This document shows, one piece after another, positions 57,700 to 64,000 of a DNA stretch of 64,000 nt. The notes beneath the pieces were generated by a model, which was not told the origin of the DNA, ran no database searches, and saw only the letters and a list, made by a program, of their open reading frames with translations. The position numbers and the translations under genes are program-made. The stretch's first letter is position 1. Each line of letters opens with the position of its first letter. This DNA comes from Podarcis liolepis. Taxonomy: Eukaryota. The stretch lies in NCBI GenBank assembly GCA_965112155.1, contig OZ218104.1; one strand, given 5' to 3'.

Positions 57700-57925
57700 G
57701 TATTATAGGTCAAGCAGAAAACCACTCTTATATGTGCTTTCTAGGCACCACCCCTCCTCTGGCGTCAATGTTGGTGACTTTCTGGAGCCAGTTTAACATT
57801 GGTTTATTTGGCCACGTTTCTCATGAAACTGCAACCTCTGCTCTTCTATATATATTGCTGCTTTTACTTCATTTTTTATTGATGGTATTACATGGCCTTA
57901 ATTCAGTTTCATTCTAACCTTATTA

Positions 57926-58143
57926 CAGTAGTACCTCGGGTTACATACGCTTCAGGTTACATACGCTTCAGGTTACACTCCGCTAACCCAGAAATAGTAC
58001 CTCATGTTAAGAACTTTGCTTCAGGATGAGAACAAAAATTGTGCGGCGGCAGCGGCAGCTGGAGGCCCCGTTAGCTAAAGTGGTGTTTCAGGTTAAGAAC
58101 GGACCTCCAGAATGAATTAAGTTCTTAACCCGAGGTACCACTG
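57926..58143. mobile_element. Tc1/pogo (Tigger-like) MITE, inverted relative to 22781-23022
   Basis: TIR CAGTaGTACCTCGGGTTA / TAACCCGAGGTACCACTG; interior is the reverse complement of the 22781 copy, with a deletion. Confidence 0.85.
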
Positions 58144-58379
58144 TTTTGTTATTATTGTTTTTCTTTTTAATTTTTCTTTGTACATGTAAGGCAGGGTATA
58201 GGTCTTTTAAACAAATAAAATAATTGAAATTATCTTACTTGGTATAATCAGATCATGGGCATCAATTTTAAGTTGTTGAGCTTGGCTTGAAAATAGACTT
58301 TGCTGTGTTGAACTGATCAATTCAGTGTTGTATGCTATGCCAGGAATAAATTGATGGGAGGTTCTTTTCCCCCTCACAG

Positions 58380-58472
58380 GGATCTGAAGGATTTAGTGAG
58401 AAGCTATTCTTAAGACAAAGAATGAATTTACTGTCTCAGATGTCCAACACCCCGATAGACTGCTTGTTTCAG
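58380..58472 (+). CDS. ANKRD27: ANKRD27 coding exon 12
   Basis: 93 nt, GSEGFSEKLFLRQRMNLLSQMSNTPIDCLFQ; AG/GT. Confidence 0.92.
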
Positions 58473-58877
58473 GTTTGGATTACATGAATATTATGTCAGC
58501 TCTGAGAAATGGCCAGAAAACTACTTTCCGTTCTAAGAAAGTTGAGAGCCCTTGTAACAGCTCAATGTTTTGAAGGTTCCACCTGCCTTAAAATATATTT
58601 TAATCTTTCCATGATTTTGCTTTTGTTTTAGAGTGAGTGAAAGAGATGTCCAGTTCCCTCCCAGTTTAGCTTTTATTGGATATTTCAATTATTGATGGTT
58701 GAAACAGACCAGGTAGTTGGTTTTGCACAGCCAACAACATGTCCATTCAGAGCCTGTATATTAGGATTAAGAGTTGGGAGAAAATGCTGGCTGGTTAGAT
58801 GACAATATTATAATTTTATTAAATTTATATCCTATCCTTCCTCTCTAATGAGCCCAGGGCAGCAAACATGCCAATTA

Positions 58878-59471
58878 CCGTATTTTTCGCCCTATAAGAC
58901 GCACTTCCCCCCCTCCAAAAATGAAGGGGAAATGTGTGTGCGTCCTATGGGGCGAATGCAGGCTTTCGCTGAAGCCTGGAGAGCGAAGGGGGTCGGTGCG
59001 CACCGACCCCTCTCGCTCTCCAGGCTTCAGGAAGCTATCCGCTAGCCGTGGGAGACCCAGCTCTCCCAGGGCTAGCGGAGAGCTTGCCGGCACCCAGAAG
59101 CTTGGGGCGTTCTGAGCTCTGCACGCCCCAAGCTTCGGGATTAGCGCAGCGCTCCGCTAGCCCTGGGAGAGCCGCGCGGCTCTCCCACGGCTAGCGGAGA
59201 CCTTGCCGGCACCCAGAAGCTTGGGGCGCGCTGAGCTCCACACGCCCCAAGCTTTGGGATTAGCGCAGCGCTCCGCTAGCCGTGCAGCTCTCCCACGGCT
59301 AGCGGAAACCTTGCTAGCACCCAGAAGCTTGGGGCGCACTGAGCTCTGCACGCCCCAAGCTTCGGGCTTAGCACAGCGCACCTGGGGGGAAATAATTCCC
59401 CCCCTTATTTCCCCCCCAAAAAACTAGGTGCGTCCTATGGGCTGGTTCGTCCTATGGGGCGAAAAATACGG
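58878..59471. mobile_element. Tc1/mariner-superfamily non-autonomous element with internal GC-rich tandem hairpin repeats
   Basis: TIR CCGTATTTTTCGCCC / GGGCGAAAAATACGG, TA TSD; about 3 copies of a 104-115-bp unit at 59039-59380. Confidence 0.85.
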
Positions 59472-59965
59472 TATAAAACGACACAATAAAAATGTCTAAA
59501 AATAGTTAAAAACAAAACTTACCAATGATCTCAGGGTTGCCAGGATATTTCAGCCATCAAAATGATCAAGTAGGCTGTGGCCAAGCTGCTCCAGGATGAT
59601 ATGGGGTATCTAGACCTACTTCAGTTTGGCTTCTGGACAGTGTTTAGGATTGAAATAACATTGGCTGATCCATTTTTGCCATGATGTAGAGAGGAAGAGT
59701 GTGACCCAGTTGATTCTGCTGGACTTTTCAGAGGCATCTGATATTACCAGTTGTGGCACCTTTTTAGGATGGGCCATGGTTCTGCTTCTATGTTGTATTC
59801 CAGAAGATGATGCTGGGAGACCTATGTAGATCTAGGTTTCTATAATGTATGAATCCACCCCAATTCATATTCACCTTTCTGCTGCCTTCTCCTGCACCCC
59901 ACTTCCATCTGTTTGGTTCTGAATTTGGCGCCAGTGTCTGTCTCACTTTTTGCCCTTCTTTGCAG

Positions 59966-60093
59966 CATGTTGCTTCAGGCAACCAGGAAGAAGCAGAGCG
60001 CTTGTTAAGCCAAGGGGACAACGATAAGGACACTGTGCAAAAAATGTGCCATCCACTCTGTTTCTGTGATAAGTGTGAGAAGCTGGTTTCTGG
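59966..60093 (+). CDS. ANKRD27: ANKRD27 coding exon 13 (includes Zn-fingernail CHPLCFCDKC)
   Basis: 128 nt, HVASGNQEEAERLLSQGDNDKDTVQKMCHPLCFCDKCEKLVS; AG/GT. Confidence 0.95.
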
Positions 60094-60985
60094 GTAAGGG
60101 TTGTGTTTTCAAAGTTTTCCAGACTTTTTCCAAGCAGAATTGGGAACTATGTTGCTAGTGAGTTGGTTGAGACGTAATCCTAAACTATGGTTTGTGCTAA
60201 CTGCAGTGTAGATGCCAAACAATGGTTTGTGTGGTTCCTTCCCCCAATCCCCGTAGAATCTCTGAATTCTCTCCCAAGCAGCAACCTCTGAGGGCAAAGC
60301 AACATCCCCATGTTGCTCCAAGGAGCCCAAACCATGATTTATCAATTTAGATGCAAAGTCAAGGCAACAGTTTGCCAAGCCGTAGGTGAACCAGGTTTAC
60401 ATCCTGCTTTGGTGATGGCAGACAATATTTCAGGCAATCAACTACCATGAATGTTTGGCGGTGAGTGAGGGGAATTTAAAGTGGTTGGCTTTTCTACTCA
60501 CCTTAACTGCAAGGTGAGCAAAGCGGTTTATAAAGCTTTATTTCCCTCCCATGACCTTTTCTAACAGCAAAACAGCTTTGCTGACTATTCAGACTGTAGC
60601 TTTCCTGCTTCAGCCTTGTTCCTCGGACGAAATTTCCCTGGGAGCAGCACTTCATCATGGCACAGTGTTGTTCCCAGGTACACCCTCAGGAAAAAAAAGA
60701 TTTCTGCCGCCATCACAGCAGCTATTCAGTAAACAAGAGCTCTGTAAGGTAGATTGGTATTATTATTCCATTACACGGGTGGGAGGAACTGAGGCGAAGA
60801 GAACAGTTGCTAGCGAGTTCAGCGTTGAGACCAGATTCAGCTGGTGACCTTACGACAAGCCATGCAAGGCAGCTCACTTGTCGACATGTTCTTTGGTGAT
60901 TTTAAACAAGGCAGCTGTGTGAAACATACACTGTCCTTTGCTTGCCCATGTTCTGTTTGTTGATGATGACTTTTTTTACTTTAAG

Positions 60986-61068
60986 GAAGCTGAACGATCC
61001 TTCCATTGTGACACCGTTTTCTAGAGATGACCGGGGATTCACTCCGCTTCATATAGCTGCAATATGTG
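60986..61068 (+). CDS. ANKRD27: ANKRD27 coding exon 14 (ankyrin repeat)
   Basis: 83 nt, KLNDPSIVTPFSRDDRGFTPLHIAAIC; AG/GTAAG. Confidence 0.94.
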
Positions 61069-61534
61069 GTAAGCGCTGCAGTTCATTCGTGGACTATGGC
61101 AGAAGTTTTCTGATTCCCCACCCTCTACAAACATTGTCTTCCGAGGAGTCCCTGAGCATCTGTTACAGACCCTCCCTTCACCTGGTACGTTGCACAGGAT
61201 TCTCAGGTGTTCTCGAAGGTTCACCTACAGCAGCCACCAGGCTTGGGGACCCTCCCGTATAAACTGAGCATGAGCGTAATGATGCATCCAGCGTACACTT
61301 ACAACTTCAAATTGCAATTGAAGAACGCACTTGTCTTTTGTCCCCTGTTCTGATCTTCTCATGGAGAAGAGACCTTTTGTCCATGGCAGACCCACATGAT
61401 TCAACCACTGGCATTACAAGTTAAAACTATCAGAGAGTGGGTGAATGGAAACACCTCTGCTTGAGAGCCACTACTAGTCAGAAAACACAGTTCTGGGCTA
61501 CTAGCTTGATTTGTTATAAAGCCGTTTGCTTACA

Positions 61535-61570
<36 letters not shown>
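61535..61570. repeat. (CTA)n microsatellite
   Basis: About 12 tandem ACT units. Confidence 0.9.
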
Positions 61571-62259
61571 GGTTAGCCTTCCAAGGGTTTCAGGGGTACT
61601 CTGGGGCACAGTTAGAAAGCTATTAGAATTCCACTCAAAGTCTGGAGTGGATTTGAACATCTGCCCAGCACAAATCTTGCTACAAGGAGATCATTTGCTC
61701 TACAGAACCAAACTGCAGTATACAGACCTAACTGTAAGTCTGTATGGCTTTGGTTATTCCAGATGGGAGCTGGTGGCCAGATTATCTTGCTTTTTGGCTT
61801 GATTTGATTTGTTATGTGTCTGTGCCGCTTTTCACTCAAACGAATCCCAAAGTGGCTTACAAACAATAAATAATAATAACATGATAGAACATAATAGAAC
61901 ATCATGAATTCAGCCTAGATCATATATAGAATAATTAACAAATCGTCAGTGAAACAATTACAATCCATAAAACACTTGGTAGCAAAACAGCAACTAAAGA
62001 ACAGGCTAAACATCACAAATAAAAGTCGTATTATATGATTAACAAATCAACACAGCTTTTATATTCTATGAAAATAATATTAACAAAATATCAACCAAAA
62101 AATAAAATAAGTGCTGTTAAGTTCATACACACACTCTCCACACCCACAGGTAGCAGTGGGGTGGGTTGGCCTTGATAACTTTTGGCCTCCAAATTCCTGA
62201 CTCTGTAATTCTATTTCTTGGGGAGCTTCCCCTGAAGGCCTTTTCTGCAGCATCAAATA

Positions 62260-62520
62260 CCGTATTTTTCGCTCTATAAGACGCCCAGACCACAAGACGC
62301 ACCTAGTTTTCGGAGCAGGAAAACAACAAAAAAAAAAATATTCTGAATCTCAGAAGCCAGAACAGCAAGAGGGATCGCTGCGCAGTGAAAGCAGCAATCC
62401 CTCTTGCTCTTCTGGCTTCTGGGATAGCTGCGCAGCCTGCATTCGCTCCATAAGACGCACACACATTTCCCCTTACTTTTTAGGAGGGAAAAAGTGAGTC
62501 TTACAGAGCAAAAAATACGG
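62260..62520. mobile_element. Tc1/mariner-superfamily MITE, copy A (261 bp)
   Basis: TIR CCGTATTTTTCGCTCTATAAGAC / GTCTTACAGAGCAAAAAATACGG, TA TSD. Confidence 0.88.
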
Positions 62521-62951
62521 TATATTGCTGCAGCATCCACCTGCTATGTGTAGACCACTGATTTGAGAATTTGCAGCCAAGTTCACTGGTTTTTGGGGGT
62601 TACACTTAGTTACCTCTTCTTTTCCCAACGTAGGATGACTTTTCTGTGTACTTATAATATGCACTCGCAGCAATTCGTTACTGGGCTCTCTCCAGAGTTG
62701 AGATTGATTCATTCATTATTGCTGGAAAGACCCCTGCCAAGCTGTGACCTAGAACAGTAATGTGCCAACAAGCTGAGGGGCGTCTTATCACCACGAGCAA
62801 ATGCTAAGTTGCCTGTCATATGGCGCCTGCAAATGCCAGGAGAGGCAGCAGATTGTTCAGTTCCCAGTTTGACCCAGAGGGTGACACTTCCTTTTCTCAC
62901 TGTGAGATGCTGACATTTTGAGTCTGAGGAGCTATATACCTTTCTCCACAG

Positions 62952-63067
62952 GGCAAGCATCTTTAATTGACTTGCTGGTCTCCAAAGGAGCCATTGTCAA
63001 TGCGACGGATTATCACGGATCAACGCCACTTCACCTCGCCTGTCAGAAAGGATACCAGAATGTTACC
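62952..63067 (+). CDS. ANKRD27: ANKRD27 coding exon 15 (ankyrin repeat; gene continues beyond the window)
   Basis: 116 nt, QASLIDLLVSKGAIVNATDYHGSTPLHLACQKGYQNVT; AG/GTAAG. The 15 exons total 1536 nt = 512 codons with consistent phases. Confidence 0.95.
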
Positions 63068-63226
63068 GTAAGCACAGATCTTACGTAATAATAACAACAT
63101 TTTATGTACCTTTCAGTCCAGTATTGCTTGTAGATTGAAAGCAATGGCTTGGCCGTTTGCTGATGACAGGAACGGTGGCTTTTTGAAGGTCCCCCCCCAT
63201 GAACGCTGTTTTTTTAAAAAAATATA

Positions 63227-63485
63227 CCGTATTTTTCGCTCTATAAGACGCACCAGACCACAAGACGCACCTAGTTTTTGGAGGAGGAAAACAAGAAAAA
63301 AAATATTCTGAATCTCAGAAGCCAGAACAGCAAGAATGATTGCTGCGCAGTGAAAGCAGCAATCCCTCTTGCTGTTCTGGCTTCTGGGATAGCTGCGCAG
63401 CCTGCATTCGCTCCATAAGACGCACACACATTTCCCCTTACTTTTTAGGTGGGAAAAAGTGAGTCTTATAGAGCAAAAAATACGG
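63227..63485. mobile_element. Tc1/mariner-superfamily MITE, copy B (259 bp)
   Basis: Near-identical, same-orientation copy of 62260-62520; TA TSD. Confidence 0.88.
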
Positions 63486-63640
63486 TATATAAAGATATTT
63501 ATATACGGCTATATCATAAAAAATATACCACTACAGTTTGCAACAATATGGCTTCTCCATATGTTGTTTGACTTCAGTTCCCATCAGCTCCCACAAAATA
63601 CTGACCATCTGGAGGGCCTATAATATTTCTTTAAACAGCA

Positions 63641-63685
<45 letters not shown>
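63641..63685. repeat. (AAT)n microsatellite
   Basis: About 15 tandem AAT units. Confidence 0.9.
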
Positions 63686-63773
63686 CGTGAATGAAGTAGA
63701 AATCCTCCACTGCTTCCTCTGGAGGAGACAATTTGATGCTGACAGATTTGGCTCTGAAAAAAGTTTCAGACAT

Positions 63774-63901
63774 NNNNNNNNNNNNNNNNNNNNNNNNNNN
63801 NNNNNNNNNNNNNNNNNNNNNNNNNNNNNNNNNNNNNNNNNNNNNNNNNNNNNNNNNNNNNNNNNNNNNNNNNNNNNNNNNNNNNNNNNNNNNNNNNNNN
63901 N
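63774..63901. other. Assembly gap
   Basis: Run of 128 N. Confidence 1.
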
Positions 63902-64000
63902 TAGTTTAGGGCTTGGAGTGTTAGACTTGGGCCAGGGAATGCTGGATTAACATCCATTTCCTGTCCATGAAGCTGCCTGGTTGACCTCAGGGAAGTCAGG

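Noticed and set aside
59039-59380. CRISPR-like repeat array
   Set aside because: Eukaryotic context, units repeat in full with no unique spacers, and they lie inside a TIR element.
63687-63957. ORFs spanning the N run
   Set aside because: Artefacts of the assembly gap.

Overview
Vertebrate genomic DNA, most likely a lacertid lizard (Sauria SINEs with (ACCTTT)n tails, a Squam3-type SINE, CR1 fragments, hAT and Tc1/pogo-type MITEs). It carries the gene block known from human 19q13.11: the 5' end of TDRD12 (- strand, runs off the left edge), a complete 3-exon NUDT19 (-; 386 aa, ends in SKL), RGS9BP (-; one coding exon, 237 aa) and, head-to-head with it, the first 15 coding exons (512 codons) of ANKRD27/VARP (+), followed by an N gap. 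Between NUDT19 and RGS9BP lies a very young, full-length Ty3/Gypsy chromovirus (14109-20731). It has apparently identical 792-bp LTRs, a CATGG TSD, gag and pol joined by a G GGA AAC -1 frameshift signal, and a Tf1/sushi-type self-priming PBS. Its most unusual trait is a ~400-codon acidic, disordered reading frame that starts in a degenerate chromodomain, crosses the PPT, covers all of U3 including the TATA-like box, and stops in R of the 3' LTR. This frame carries an FxGF motif and a basic NLS-like tail, and could also be expressed from a spliced subgenomic mRNA (donor 14901, acceptor 19465/19466, ATG 19470). That would be a complex-retrovirus-like accessory gene arrangement in a retrotransposon. 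All gene and repeat identifications come from recognising motifs and proteins by eye; no database search was run.
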